DNA from: Lama glama
Taxonomy: Eukaryota
Assembly: GCA_028534125.1 (NCBI GenBank)
Contig: CM052816.1
Coordinates: forward strand, 5,706,001-5,770,000
Length of the DNA stretch: 64,000 nucleotides
Direction: 5' to 3'
The notes under the pieces are model-generated. The model was not told where the DNA came from and did no database searches. It saw only the letters and a program-made list of their open reading frames with translations. The position numbers were made by a program, and so were the translations under genes. Shown one piece after another: positions 13,176 to 27,222 of the stretch; the stretch's first letter is position 1, and every line of letters starts with the position of its first letter.

Positions 13176-14149
13176 AGCTGTCTCTTCTTAATAGGTAAAC
13201 TCTCTTCTCACTCCCTTTTTCTCACTCCTCTCCACTACTTTCCTTTTCTAACAGTTTTTTTCCTCTTCTCATTTTGACTTCTACAAAGGTATAGGAGGTG
13301 ATTCAGCTGCTGAAATAGTTCCTATAAATCAATCAGTGCTTAGTCACCAGGAAGGTTTAGAATTTCACTTACCACCCAAATAGCAGGTCCTGAATAGTTG
13401 AAGAGAGCAGAGTTCATTTGTTCCCTGGGTCCCTGAGGTCAGTCCCCCAGAGCCACCTGCCTTGAGGGCTTCCCTCTGTCACTGAGTAGCACAGAATAGA
13501 CTCCCTTCCCTTGAAACTTCTGTGGTTGCTGATATTTGAAAAAAAATACATTCATAATGAAGTCTTTTTATTTCTAAATCTAAGCTAATTTTCAAATATT
13601 AAGTGTTACAGTGAAGCTAGAGTTGTATCTATGTGCACATGTATTTATTGATAAGCACATGCAGAGAAGCCGGGAAGGATTCCGTGCAAAGTAGAAACAG
13701 TGGCCTCTCGTGCTGGCGTTGGCAGCACACATACTAGAAACAGTCGTCTCTCCTGGAGAGCAGAGTGGGAAAACGAGCTCCCGTCTTTATGAGACATAGT
13801 TCTGTATAATTTCCATCTTTCCAGTGGACAATTGCTTGTTTAATTAAAGAAATTAAACACCAAGAAATACTATATTATGAAGAATAGATATGGTCTTGGG
13901 TGAAATCCTGTGGCCTCTCTGGGTTCCAATTTTCTCATTTACAATGTGAGGAATTAAATGAGCTCTGAGGATGCCGCCAAAGCACTAATATTCTCCAATT
14001 CTTTCTATTCTGTCTTATAAAGTGCAGCCTGTGCCGACCAACAGATCACCGGCAAGGGTAGGGAATCATTGTAATTTGCTTTTTTGAGAGTAAATAAAGT
14101 TACAGGCTTAATTTCTTCTGCTCCCAGAAGCAATGCAGCATTGCATCTG

Positions 14150-14745
14150 GCTCATTCATTTCCCAGATACTTATTGAGCACATGCTGTGGGTTCAGAGAG
14201 GATTCTAGATGCAGAGGGCAGAGCAGTGAACAAGAATGACAAGGCCACCACACCTGCAAGAAACAAGACAAGATAAACAAGAATATAAAAAACATCACTG
14301 TCATCACAGGCTACGGTAACTGTTGTGAAGGGACTGTAGGTGTTTGGAGACAGGGTGCTCAGGTAGCCTTTCTGAGGAGGAGACACTCAAGCTGACACCC
14401 AAAGGAAAAGAATCAGCAGGTGTGCCAGTAGCTTCAGGAAGGCGCATTCTGGGGGCCAGGGCAAGTACAAGCCAGGTGTGGAGGTGGTGGGAAGGGCTTA
14501 ATGCATCGCAGGCTGGACAACAGTGAGTGAGGGGGAAACAAGATGAGTGAGGCCAAGGGTAGACATGGGCCACATCCTGCAGATGAGCAGTCCTATGGGT
14601 TGAAGAGTATTGGATGTCAGGGAAAGATTTTTTTGCAGGAGAGTTGTATTCTGATGAAGCTATCATCAATGTGGATAGAGACTCCTGATATATTTTGAAG
14701 TAGGACTGATAAATCTTACCAATGGAGTGGGTGAGGAGAGTGGGG
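14150..14745 (-). mobile_element. L2 fragment
   Basis: Starts with cattcatttcccagatacttattgagcac, the reverse of an L2 tail, followed by a purine-rich L2-like body. Confidence 0.55.
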
Positions 14746-14968
14746 CAAAAAAGGGAAGAAGGAGGAGTGACATAGAACTAAGAGTCACCCTTGACCAGAG
14801 TCCTGCCAGGGGCTGCAGTCCCAGGTAGGGGTTGGATCAGAATGTTAATTTCATTTAAGCATCGAGTCCCTGCTTCGTGCTTAGAGTTGAGGAGGAGGGA
14901 GGGGAGTGTAAGACAGGGCCCTGACCTCGAGAAGCTTAAGGTTACTTTTAGGTTGCTGAGATACACTC

Positions 14969-15492
14969 ACAGTGGCAACTGTGCCAATAAAAAAAAAACA
15001 TGCCTGCAAATTCTTTGACGCTCCTCCAGTTGACGCTGTCCCTTCCCCTTGACTCTGTGTGCTTGTGACTGCTTTGCCTGATAGAGTGTAATGGGAGTGA
15101 TGGCACGTGATTTCTGAGGGAGGATTATGAATGGAAATGCCTTGTTCATCATCTCATTCATGCTTAGAGCCTGAACTTCATGACACTGTGCGAACCACCA
15201 TGCTGTGACAGGACATGCAAGCCACATGGAGAGGCTATGTGTAGACTCTGTAAGTGGCAGGCCTAGTCCGTCAGTTGTTCCAGGTGCCAGATGTGAGGAT
15301 AAAGAGACCTCCAGATGGTTACAGATCCCGGGCTGTGAGCCATGCTTAGCCTGAGTCTTCCCACCAGATGCCCCAGACATCATAGACCAGAGAAGAGCCG
15401 TATCCTGTTCAAATTCCTGACCCACAGAATCTGATTGTTTTAAGTCACTCAATTTTGGTGTAGTTTGTTACACAGCAAGAAAAACCAGAACA
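14969..15492 (+). mobile_element. MLT1 (MaLR) solo LTR
   Basis: Contains tgtgactgctttgcctgatagagtg and the canonical end tgttttaagtcactcaattttggtgtagtttgttacacagcaag...ccagaaca. Confidence 0.75.
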
Positions 15493-15499
15493 GCCAAAG

Positions 15500-15940
15500 A
15501 AAATCTGAAAGGGCTACCCATTGTATGATTGCAACTGTGTGACATTCTGGAAAAAGTAAAACTGTGGGGACAGTAAAAAAAAAAAATCATTGGTTGTTAG
15601 CGGTAGGGGAGGAGGGAGGAATGAATAGGCAGAACGCAGAGGAGTTTTAGAGCAGTGAGACTCTTCTGTATGATAGTACAGTGGTGGATATGTGTCATTA
15701 TACATTTGTCCAGACCCATAGACTGTACAACACCAAGAGGGCACCATATGGGCTTGGCGTGATGGTGATGTGTCATTGTAGGTTCATTGATTATAGCAAA
15801 TGTACCACTCGTGTAGGGGGTGTTGATAATGGGGGGCTATGAATGTGTGAGGGCAAGGGGCGTATGGGAACCTCTGCACCTTCCTCTCAGTTTTGCTATG
15901 AATTAAAAACTGCTCTAAATATAAAGTCTTTTAAAAAATC
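15500..15940 (+). mobile_element. L1MC-like 3' end
   Basis: tgtatgattgcaactgtgtgacattctggaaaaag...aaatgtaccactc...ctctgcaccttcctctcagttttgctatgaattaaaaactgctctaaa. Confidence 0.7.
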
Positions 15941-16464
15941 AAAACACAGTAGCCATCTAGGTTGGTAAATGTCTTGATTGAAATATTCAGGAAATCTTGA
16001 TTTTCCTTCTGGCTTTACTACAAACTCACTCATTTTAGGTTTTGATTCTAATTACAGATAATTTGCACCATTTGGGGATTTGATGCTCATTTTTAAAATG
16101 CCAGTCTGAGTGGCCTCGAAGGAGAGAGAACAGCTTTAACATCCTGAACACCAGTGTCCGTATACCTGGTGGCCTCTGTGGGGCTCTCTGTCAGATGCGG
16201 AGGCAGCCCGTGTCATTGGCTCAGATGGCCTTGATTGTCACAGGGTTGCAGATTTCCCACCCCCCTTTCCTCTCCTAATTCCCATTAAGGATCTCAGGGC
16301 TTGGAAACAGATGTCAGGGAGGATTATAGAGTTCTGCTCCCCCTCCACCAACTAGCTCTGTGACAACTGGGCATGTCTTGTTTCTTCCATAGGGCTGTTC
16401 CTTATTGGGGGAACAGAGATTCAGATGAGATAAGAGCTAAGAGGTATTTTTGTCTTTGTGTGTG

Positions 16465-16494
16465 ATTTATTTTGATTTGATTTGATTTGATTTG
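16465..16494 (+). repeat. (ATTTG)n pentanucleotide microsatellite
   Basis: atttattttgatttgatttgatttgatttg. Confidence 0.7.
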
Positions 16495-17269
16495 CATGAG
16501 AGCCAATTAAGGAAAAGCAAGATTTGAAAAATCTTTCTTCTTTAATTAAAAGTGAAAATGGCATTTAGAGAACCAAAAGCTGCCCTGAAGACGCTTAACA
16601 CCTTCTCTTTGGTCATCCTAACTCACATTTATTGTTTATCAGGTCTAGACATGCCCAGCCTTGTGTGGGGTGCTTAACATGCTTGAGGTCATGTAGTCCA
16701 GCCTTTGTGGAAGGCATTGTTGTCCCCGGTTTAGAGATGAGCGCACAGAGCTCAGACAGGTTAACTGACTGAACTAACTGCCTGATGTTATCTGACTGTC
16801 AGGATCTGAACACAAGATGCCGTGTTCCCCACTCTTGGAGAGCACGCTGTCCTGCTCTTCAGCCCATCCCCAAACTTGAAGACCCCGCCTAGAGCATGTG
16901 CTCTGTGATTCTGAGATTTTGTGGGCTCCTCAGAATGAGCTCCCGCAGGGGCCTTAGAGGAGATCTGGGTCTCCACAGAGTGGAAGCCAATCCTTTATAC
17001 TTTCACTGATGACCAATTCCTAGTCCCACAAAACACATCTGGGCTGCTTGCAGATTTGGGGTGTCCTCAGCACTCCATGTCCAGACTGAACTCCAGGCAC
17101 CGAGGATGACAGTGACTGGGGTACCCCTCGACCACTCGCTTCCCTCCCACCCTGTTTCCCAGAACACTTCCTGCTTGGGGACAGGAACCCTTTCTCAAAG
17201 TCCTCAGCTCCTGATGAATGAACAGAACAGAACTGTGACTTTTGATGTCGGATAACTTCTGAAACCCAC

Positions 17270-17480
17270 AAGCATCATGGTTAGATGATCAGGCTCTGGG
17301 GTCCCACAGACTTGAACCCTAATTTTAACTCTGTCCTTTATAATTTTCAATCTTGGGAAAATTACTTATATTCTCTTGGCCTCAGTTTCCTCATCTGTAA
17401 TAGTATGCTTACAGCCTCTTTACAGCACAGGCTCTTGTGAGGATCAAGTGGCTAATGATGTAAAATGTTTATTTAACATT
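17270..17480 (+). mobile_element. MIR SINE
   Basis: Core ttgggaaaattactta...gcctcagtttcctcatctgtaa...ttgtgaggatcaagtg. Confidence 0.7.
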
Positions 17481-20400
17481 GAGCTCATGAAAGATGAGCT
17501 ACTATCTTCCTTCTCATCTTGAGGCTGAGGGAGTTGGTGACAGTGAGCTGTCTCGGGCTACATTTTAGGGATAAAGTGACGAGCTGGAACATCAGTAGAA
17601 TGCTGAGGAGAAACACAAACCGTGGAAGTAATAGTAACAGTAGTAATAGTAACACTCCCTTACAGTTGGTGTACCACATTGCAGTTTACAAAATGCTTGT
17701 GTATACATCTATACATACACATGTGTAACCTTGACATGACCCTGGAGAGTAAGGAAACCATATCACATGATGTGTTATTGAGACCATGGCCAATGTTTAC
17801 CTTGAGGGGTACAGGATAGGAGGAGGTGAGAATTGCCTTTAGATCTCTGGGAAGAGGAGGGACACTTGGGAGGGCAAACCAAGAACCATAGCCTAGGGAC
17901 GTGTCTCTAGGTCATATATTGCATTTTTCCAATCAGAGCAGGCAGAGTGTAGATACAGCAACTTGGAGGAGGTGGTGAGTTTCCACGTTCCTGGAAGTAT
18001 GCAAGCAAGAATCATGTGTTAGATAGTGACCGTTTGCCCAGCTCTCTGGCTGTCTTATTTGGGAGAGTCTGGGATTCTGGGAAATTGCATGTGATTAACT
18101 CAACAGGTAGAAAATGATACTCCTATGAGTCCCAGACATCTGCCATCTCTCTTCACCTTTCCCTCCCTGGCACAGGTGTGGCTGCACCTTTGTGAGAAGA
18201 CTAGCACAGCAGGAATGTCATTCCGGTGGGGCTGGGGCAGCCAGTCTGGCCTGCTTGCAGCCTTCTGACTTAAATTCCACATATACTTCTTGCCACCATC
18301 GGTCTTGCTGTGCTGGCCTGGGAGACGGGCGGGCAGAGATGGCTCAGGGTACCAATGCCGGGGCAGGGTGCGCAGGGGAGGGTGGGCTCTGGCAGCGTGC
18401 CAGCCAGTGGAAAGGAGCAAGAGGTAAGACAGGTAAGGAAACAGCAGATGGAGTCACACCTGCAGGTGGGCTGCTGGCACTCTGTGGCGGTGGAGAACAC
18501 CAAGTCAGGAGGAAATGGCACTGCTGACACCTGCCTTGGGGGTCTGTAGGAGGAAGAGCTTCCTTCTACAGATTTGACCATTCAGTGAGACTCGGTTTCC
18601 CGTAGCAAGGAGACGCGTGGAGTTGCATGTTGAGAATCTGGAAGCACAATCCTTCTGAGATGCAGGTTTGAATTGTCATCCATCGTTAACTCGTTAATTC
18701 ATTGGGCACCATACAGTTCTCGGCTTGGTGAGGCCACGGAATGGGAAGGCTTCTGCAGCTGTAGTTAAAAGTCCTGGTTTGGCCTTGGGCAACCCATTCA
18801 ATCCCTCTGAGCCTTTGTTTCCTCGTCTGTAAAATGGGGATATGAGCACCTGCCCTGTGCCCCCCACAGGCTTATTCTGAAGCTAGAATGAGGCCATATG
18901 CATAGCCTTGCAGCAAACCCTTTCTCTAGTGGTTATGGGAGAAAAGAGTGCATGAGAAATTATAGATTTTTCACTGTAAATCCACATCTCCAAAGAAGGA
19001 ACCATGAGCCAGTTTACAAGGTCCTGATTCTTGGTTTTCAATGAAGATTCAACACTTATTTTTCTGCCAGACTGGGATAAAGGGAAGTATGGAGTCAGAC
19101 AAGTCTGAAATGTAAACCTGGTTCCATCAGCTGGAAGTTCTCTAGATGCTGGATGAGTGAAAACATAGATGACGCCTCTCAGACCATTTCTCTGGGCATT
19201 AGAAGAGAGTAGATGTGATGCTGTCAGGGAGGGACTGGCTCACAGAAAGTTATCTGTACCAGACTGAGAAGCCGAACAACCTGACACTCTTCCGACTGAT
19301 ATTCTTTAAATATTTTTCATCACTCTCTGGAGGACAGAGGCCATGCTATTGGGAAAAATGGCAGCACTGTCTCTGCTTGTCCCACAGAGGAATTCAGGCA
19401 GCTCATGGTTAATTCCTTAGAAGGCATTCATTGCAACCCTCTGGAGGATTCCCCTTAAGGCACTCTGTGGAGCAGAATTTTTGCCAACCCCTTAAATTTC
19501 TAATAATGGCAACAAAAATGTCTGTCAGACCACCCTTTTGCTTGGCTCTGCCTGTAAAACATATCAGTTTTCTCCTCTTTTCTCCCTTGTTTGTAGGGCC
19601 AGCCCTGGGCCAAGCACATCCTCAAGTTAGTTCATGCACGCTTCTGCTTTTTCTCTCCACCTAAGGGGTATCCCATCACCAGCAGCTGTCTGGGGTCATC
19701 ACGTGATGGAGTGCAGAGACTGTGAGTCAGGGGGTCATATGCCAGATCCAGTCTACCCAGTTTTGCTCATGTGAATTTGGGCAAGTCTCTTGACCTTCCT
19801 AAGCCTCGGGTTTTATTTATAAAATGAAAATACTCATCTCTATTCTGTACACTATTTAGGACATTGCTCATGATCAAGGTAGACCATGGTTATGAAAGAC
19901 TTGGTGGCTGCAGAATTCTGAGGCAATGTGAAAGATGATTATTCCAGAACAACCATCACTTTAAGGGGAAAAAAAAAATCAGAGTGAATGGAATCAAGTG
20001 TGAATGAGCCAACAGGGTGGAATGAGACTTTTCAGGGACTTCCAGAAGCACTCAGCTCCTGCCTGGCCTTGCTGGCCTGTGCATCAGTACAAAGTATCAC
20101 TTTTCTCTTTATTCTCATTTGTCTCTGCAGTCTCCCTCAAATCCTCATGGAATTTATGCATGTGGTGTGTTTCTTTCCATCAAAACATTTAAGCAAAGTT
20201 ATAGCCAACAGTAGCTATCCAGTCTCCCCTGCAGAACAGAAATAAACATGAACAAGAAGAGCTCTCCTTTTCTCCCTGAAATGATTCGAAGAGAGAGAGG
20301 TAGAGACAAAGACAAAGGAGTAGAGGAAAGAAAGTAGAGAGAGACTCTCTGCTAATATGCTTTTTCCCAAAGATTAAAGAAAATAGAATTTTATGGACAG

Positions 20401-20659
20401 AAAGGAACTCATTTGAGGCCTCACTTACTGCTACCTTAACACCATGTCTATTTCAGAAGACTTTCCCTCATTTGTGAGTTAATAGTCACAGTAGAAGACA
20501 GATGAGCAGGAAAGCCTTCTTTCCCCTGACAGCAGGGAAGAAAATGGAGGCTGACTGAAGTCAGGCTGTGACATGGGTGCCTCAGTACCTGCAGATGGAT
20601 TTGGATGGGAAAAATCTGAATTCAGTCAAACCAGTTGCTACCGTAGAAACAATTGGTTA

Positions 20660-21240
20660 GAGCTCAGTTACTGATTTTCTTTTTCTTAATTAGTTATTTT
20701 ATGGTTCCTAGCTGGTCACTGATGAATCAGAATTCCTTTTGTTGTTGGAGATGGATCTATAAGTCAGAATAGCCCAGGAAGAAGAGAACATAGGTTAGTT
20801 CCCATCACTGAGCCCGGAGAAGGGGTAGCCTCTGGAACATTGGGGGCCAGGGGCTCAAATGATGTCAGGACTCTTTCCTTCCGGCCTGCATCTTGGCTTG
20901 GGTGAGCTGGCTTTTTCCTCTTCTCCTACACAGGAGTCTGACTCTCTGTGATTCAGAAGATAGCCCTTGGATAATTTTAGCTTGGACTCAAAGTGTAAGG
21001 CCCCCTTCTCATTTGAACTCCAGATTAAAAATGTCCCAGGGAAGGATTCTAATTTTCCAGACTTGGGTCACAAGATCGTGTCTAGCCCAATCGTTACGGT
21101 CAGGACAAAAAGGAACTATAACTGCCTGGGCCAGGGATATGGGGAAGGCAGGATACTACGATTAGCAACACAACCAGGACCACAGGATTACAGGGTAACA
21201 GGAGTGGTTCCCCAGGTGGCCAAAACCCACAGATGTTTAC
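20660..21240 (-). mobile_element. MLT1-like LTR remnant
   Basis: ccaggggctcaaatgatgtcaggactct and related MLT1J/K-like motifs. Boundaries approximate. Confidence 0.4.
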
Positions 21241-24200
21241 TCCCAGTATGGCACTGGTTTCTTTCTAATGGATTTCCAATGGCTGAGAAGTTAGTTTTTA
21301 CATCATCACTAAATGGTTTCTAAGCAGTTCATTGGACAGATTACTCAATCAGATTAAATTAACAGTTTCTTTTTTTAAAAAAAAATTCCTAAGTGGGTTT
21401 TTGTGTGAAGACAGGACCTCTAGGTCACAGTCCATGTGTTTTGAAAGAAAAACCAAAATGATTTGTTTTTTTCTGATCATAGTTTGAAGGTAAGATGAAG
21501 AAAAGGATAATACTGTTTTATTTGTTTAAAAAACTAGATAAAATTTTTTAAAATCATTTTTTCTTCTTGGAACTGTTTAGATAACTGCTTCATTTCCTAC
21601 TTCAAATGTACATCTAACCTCAGGCCTTTCTGCTGAATAACCAGTTTTTGCTGTTGCTTCATGACTACTTTTTAGATAAGTATATTAAAACGAGGGCTTC
21701 CTAAATGTAAAAATACGACACTGGCCTTCAGTCAACTTTAATTTTTCATTCTGAATTCTTTGCTTACCTCCCTGTGCCTCTTCTGTCCTTCGAGTGCCTC
21801 TAGTATTCCTACCAAAAGCTGCTATCAAGAGAACACCTTATAACAGGTTTGACTTTGCTGGATATTTCTGCCTCCCAAGAGCACTTACAAGGAAACTTAA
21901 CTTTGTGGAATAAAGGGCTTCATCCTGGATAAGGAATTTGGGGAACAAAGTAAACACCAAGGAAATGTTTTTGATTGGGGAAAAATTTTATCATAGTCCT
22001 CAAGTGCCACCAGCTAGGCATTTGCATATTTTACTTTGATTTGAGACTGGTCTTAACTAGAGTTTTCAGTTGCCTCAAACCAAAACCAAAACTAAAACCC
22101 TCTCCAAACCCCTACCTTCCCCAGATCATGGTCCAGTTTATCCAGGTACATCTAACTAGCCCTACAGGGCTGGGAAAAAAGCTAGACATTGAGTTTCAGG
22201 GTTGTTTGCATGTAAGAAGCTCTCTTTGCTGCATGTAAAGTACCCTGGGCTTTGAATCAGGAGGGCTAGCTTGCTTTAATCAGGAATTTATGTGACCCTG
22301 GGCAAATCACTTACTCTCTCGGAACTCAGGTTTACTTATTCATAAAATGTATTTGGGTAAAATAATGATTAAATGATCTCTAAGGTTCCTACCAACTCTT
22401 ACGAACTGTTCTGAGTCTCACTTATTTATGTGAAACATTCCTCCTGTGGAAATCCAAGTCTCTCTCCTCAGGGAAATGTGAGCATGAACTCAGACAATGT
22501 ATGTAAAACGCCCAGCCCAGAGAAGATGTTCAATAAATCACCACTAATTGTGATACCACATGGTTTCTGTATCTTGGAGTTTTACAGATTGATTTTGTGT
22601 CCTGTTTTCTTTGTTGGTTACAACAGCCTTACTGTGACAATAGTCCAAACACACACACATCCAAGGGTCCCCTGCCACGTGATACATGTGAGATACTATT
22701 GTGAAAATTCCCCTGGGCCAAAACCCCTACAGTCCTTCAGGAACTGGGGAGAATGCTTTGCTACAGCAGGAATGGTGAAAATGCTGCCAAGCAGCTGCAC
22801 TTCCTCATCTTGTGTTTGTGGCTTGATTTATGAATCCATCATGGCCCCCTTTTACTGAGTATAGACTGAACCCAGAATCCTTAGTGTCTTGGTGATATGA
22901 TACCTCTCGGTGCCCTAGAAGTCACTGGCTCCTTCTCTGGTGACAGCTGGCATAGTCAAGCCAGTGCCATCCACGGGTGGTGGGTCTGTCCTTTTCTGGT
23001 AGTGTCCCTTGGGGATTTTTGATTGGAATCTGTCATAAGGAGAGATGGCTTCCTAGGATCTCCCAGTGATCTGTTCCAGTGTTGTAGGAATTAGAGGAAT
23101 TCTAGGTGGCCAATGTTCTCCTTTTATCTCTGGGCCCTGCTTGGCTCAGGTATCAGGTAGGGATGGTAATTCTGCCTCATGGACCTTCTGCCATGTGGAT
23201 TAAGTGGGAGCAGTGGGGTAAAGTGCCTACCCCAGTGTGGGCAGGTAGTAGATGCCGAAAATATATGCTACTTGCTAAACTCAATACCTGACACCGAAAT
23301 GAATTTCTTTCTCAGCCCAAAAAACTGCACTTCCCTATTTCACAGTGAATTAAAGCAACAGCTCCCTGTGTCCAGTCTCTTTGTCTGCTCGCCCTGGCCA
23401 TGTGGTACCCACTGCACAAGGAACTTGTCCTTTCCCAAGCAGGCCCTGCCTATTCCTGCCTTCATGCCCTGGCTTATGCTGTTTCCTCTTCTCTGAATGT
23501 CTTCTCTTTTCTCTCTGGCTGTGTAACGCCTACACACCCTCATGGCAACTCAGGAACATCATGGCCTCCTTCGCTTATTTCCCCAGGCAGAAGTGATCTC
23601 TGCCTCCTCTGGACACCAGAGCGCATTTCAGCTCTACCTCTTTCATTCATCAGGTCATTCAACAAAGATTGGTGAAGGCTCTATCATGTGCCAGGCATCG
23701 TGCTGAAGCAGAGAGGGTCACTGGTCTCATGAATGCAAAATCTAAATGGGAAGAGGTAGATGTCAGAGTTCCCTTTTGGGAGGCTGGACACAAGGTGATG
23801 AGTGGCTTGTGAAAGGCTGGACCTAGGCACTTTGCCTTTTTTCCCTTGTATTCTACTTAATTGTACTTACGCATCTTATTTTTCCTTCCTGACTATCAAG
23901 TCTCTGAGGTTAGGACTATCTCTTCTTTGCCTCCGTACTCCTCGTGACATCCTCCTGTGGACGTGGGTGCTCATTGCCTATGTTTGTTAGAAGGAAAAGT
24001 GTATATTCTGGAATTAAAAGACTTATTGAGTCTTTTGGGGAATGGAGAGGCCCACCTGCAGGTCTCTCAGCTGGTTCTGGCTGCAGAGTCACTTGCAAAA
24101 AGAGACTGGGCGGAGGGTAGACTGACTGCCGGCAGAGCCCCCTGCTGTCTCCTGAGTCACAGGTGTTAGCTCTGTCTGGCTGCCTGATGGAATCCCCAGC

Positions 24201-24403
24201 CTTGGCTTCTCTCGCCCTGTCTGTGGGCCAAACTCTTCTGGCCTACCTCCCTGAACTCGGCTTCTTCCTTGTCTAAATTCATGTAACTGTTCATCTTCTC
24301 TGATGGTTCACCTGACTTAGAATCCTTGCCCTTTTCCTATTCAGCCTTATCCTGCCATCATCTGCCTCTCAACAGGCTATTGAGATGCTGTAATTACATA
24401 AGA

Positions 24404-24623
24404 CAGGGTTTCTCAACCTCAGGGCTGTTGACATTTTGGGCTGGATAATTTTTTGTCGTGGGAGGCTGCCCCATGTGTTGTAGGATGTTTAGCAGCATCC
24501 CTGGGCCTCTACCCACTAAATTCCAGTATTACCCTCTATCCCTAGTTATGGCAACAAAGAATATCTCCAGACATTGCCAAGTGTCCCAGGGGGTGAAAAA
24601 TCCCCTCTGGTTGAGAACCACTG
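24404..24623 (+). mobile_element. MER20 (hAT-Charlie MITE), full length
   Basis: TIRs cagggtttctcaacc...ggttgagaaccactg and a MER20 body (gacattttgggctggataatt...aggatgtttagcagcatccctgg). A degenerate 8-bp TSD acataaga/acgtaagt flanks it. Confidence 0.88.
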
Positions 24624-24844
24624 ACGTAAGTCTACAATCAGGGACTTTAGGGATCGGTTAGATTGATGCCCCCTTCTCTCATTTCACAAAAGAGGTCACT
24701 AAGACCCCGATTAGGGAAATAAGTTGACCAGGGTTGTATCACAGATAGGCAGTCCTGCAGGCAAGAGACTTCATATCTTTTCAATCTTAGATCAGTGCTT
24801 TGCATTAGCATGGTGAAATCTCCTTAGAAGTTGGTCAAGTAAAG

Positions 24845-25065
24845 TGAAAAGGTAGTGACTTTGGAGAGAGACAAACCGGGTTAGAATCTAGGTCAAGTCA
24901 TGAGTTGGCTGCATGACCTGAACCACTCTGAGCTTCCATGTCCTCCCAGGGCAAAGAGGGGTGATAAATTCCCACCTCACAGAATTGTTTTGAGGACTAA
25001 ATGAGATACTTGTGAAGCTCTAGAATCATACCTGGTATGCAGTGAGTGCTGAGCAAGCACTGGTT
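24845..25065 (+). mobile_element. MIR SINE
   Basis: cacctcacagaattgttttgaggactaaatgagatacttgtgaagctctagaatcatacctgg. Confidence 0.6.
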
Positions 25066-25630
25066 CCCTCTTCCCTTGTGTATAGGGCTGCAAAAATGGC
25101 CAGCATAGTCCTGAGGAGAAGTTAGAGGTGTTGGACTCAGAGTCCTATGGAAGATAAGGCTGATAGGCAACGCCTTCCCAGTGGACTGTGTTAGAAATGC
25201 AGGTGGTGGGATCTGGTGTCGGTAGTGGAAACAGCCAAGTAGTTTTCCAGTTTGGAAAATAACTGGCTGGGTTGTAGGCTGACTCATTGGGAAGAGTTTC
25301 CCCCCCTCCTTTCCTGTGGATGATGCTCAGATGATTTTATCTTATCTCTAACGTCCTGCTGTCTCTCTCTTCCCCCAGCAGAAGGTTATTATTACAAACA
25401 TGCTTAAAGGATAAGGGAGCATTTGGAGCCCCAGGTGAGGACTGTATCCTCTCCTCTTGTATCAGATGAATATAAAGGTATTTTCTCCCCTTGGGGCCGT
25501 GGAGAGTTGACTTCCATCAGGTAACCAGGGTTCTGGTGTGAGTCTGGCAACTGACAGATAACCCTAATATAATGCTTTGAAATTTTCAGTTTTCATGAGC
25601 ATTTTCTTTATCCGCAGGTTGTCCCAGGTA

Positions 25631-25801
25631 TAGTGGTTGTCAACCTTGGCTGCACATTTTAATCGTATGAGCATTCAAAACAAAACTATAACCATGCCTG
25701 CACTCAGGCAGTCTGTGCCTGGAGATGCATCTTGGGCATTGGTGATTTGATTTAAAGTTCCCTAGGTGATTCCAATGTGTAGGTAGAGTCAAGAGTCACT
25801 G
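25631..25801. mobile_element. MER5A-like hAT MITE
   Basis: agtggttgtcaaccttggctgcacatt...ttccctaggtgattccaatgtg...agagtcactg. Confidence 0.65.
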
Positions 25802-27216
25802 CCTATTTTGACATCAAATGTCCCATTTCTTTGATAGGAAAAGGAGTTTCAGGTAGTTAATTTTCTTGTCCAAGTTTTAAAGGTAGGAAGAATAGAGCCA
25901 GGTATTGTGAATCCTAATCTCATAAACTAGACTTTCTCCTCCATCATGTTGCTTCTACACTCGTGGTAGGATCTGGAAACGTCAAGAAACAAAAGTTCTT
26001 TGAAATTTACAAAGCACTGGGTTAGGGTTGCTTGTCAGTGGCCGGATTCACACCAGCATCCAGGTTGCAAGATGGCAGTAAAATTTCCATGGTCCCAGAG
26101 GAGAAAATGCTATTCTAGTCATCTGATAGGAGAGGAGGAAGTAGCTTCTTATTCATGAACCTCAGTTTTCCTATCTGTAGATTGGGATAGGAATGGACCT
26201 CCATAGACATTTTTTCCTAGAGAGAACAGTAGTGTTTGGGAAGAAAGGAACTCGCCATCTCATCTCTTAATTAGGGTACACTGATTTTTTGTTATTTCAG
26301 TGATATTCATGCCTATTTGTGTAGGGCCTTGCTGATCCTCTCTGGGTATAAATCAGAGTGTTGCTTAGCAGATAACCTGAACAGGGCTGTAAAAGATGCA
26401 AGATAAAGCAAGGAAAATTAGAGGATGTACATTTCAACTTTCACACCTGCGACATCTCATTGACAGGGGCGGTCTAATACTACCATGGGGCTACTTTGAC
26501 CATTAGGAACTCTTTTCTTTAGTTGAACCTAAGTCTATTGCCCTCTAACTCCCAGAACCGATTCTGGTCTCGTCCACACAGAAAGCTGGCACCATATCCC
26601 CAGGATAGCTGTAAGGATCCTTCTCCAGGATGAACCAGCTATTCTGCAGGGGACCCGCTTTTCAGTCCCCTTTACAACCTGCTTGCTGCTCCCTAGCCTG
26701 GATCTATTTTAATGGGGGAAAAGAGACTCTTCCTCCCCTTCTCCTTTTGGGTTAATCCTATCTGGATTGGTGATATCTCATGCCCTATAAGAAGACAGGC
26801 TGGCTTTCCCAAAGATGTGGTAGGTATAGCTTGAACCATTCCGTTTTTGGTTATTTTGATATTACAGGGTGGTGGAGAACTCTTTGCCTGTGATTTTTCT
26901 GGTCCCAAAGGCACTGTAACCACTGCCAGTATAACCCTGCTCCTTATGCAGTTGGAACTGTGGCCCTTGAAAACCAGTACCCTTCTGTCTTTTTGTTGTT
27001 GTTGTTATCTTATTTGGATAAATAACCCAGTGATCTAGTTTGGCTGAAATGACTTGTTTGAGAGCTCTTTGTGATTCAAGGGTAGTGGTCATCATTAAAA
27101 ACGTACTGAACTTAGGCTTAGCAATAAGGAAATAACATTGTTTAGAGCTCTGGCTTCAGAAATGGCAAAGAAATGGAATGGACAAATATGAAAAGTAGAT
27201 AATGGATCCACAGTGA

Positions 27217-27222
27217 TTTAAT
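27217..27222 (-). terminator. Distal poly(A) signal ATTAAA
   Basis: tttaat on +. The minus strand downstream is U-rich (cttttcatatttgtccattccatttctttg). About 2.7 kb after the stop. Confidence 0.6.

Noticed and set aside
18100..18581. Four overlapping ORFs in a GC-rich patch
   Set aside because: High GC lowers stop-codon frequency. No homology was recognised and no supported exon structure was seen.
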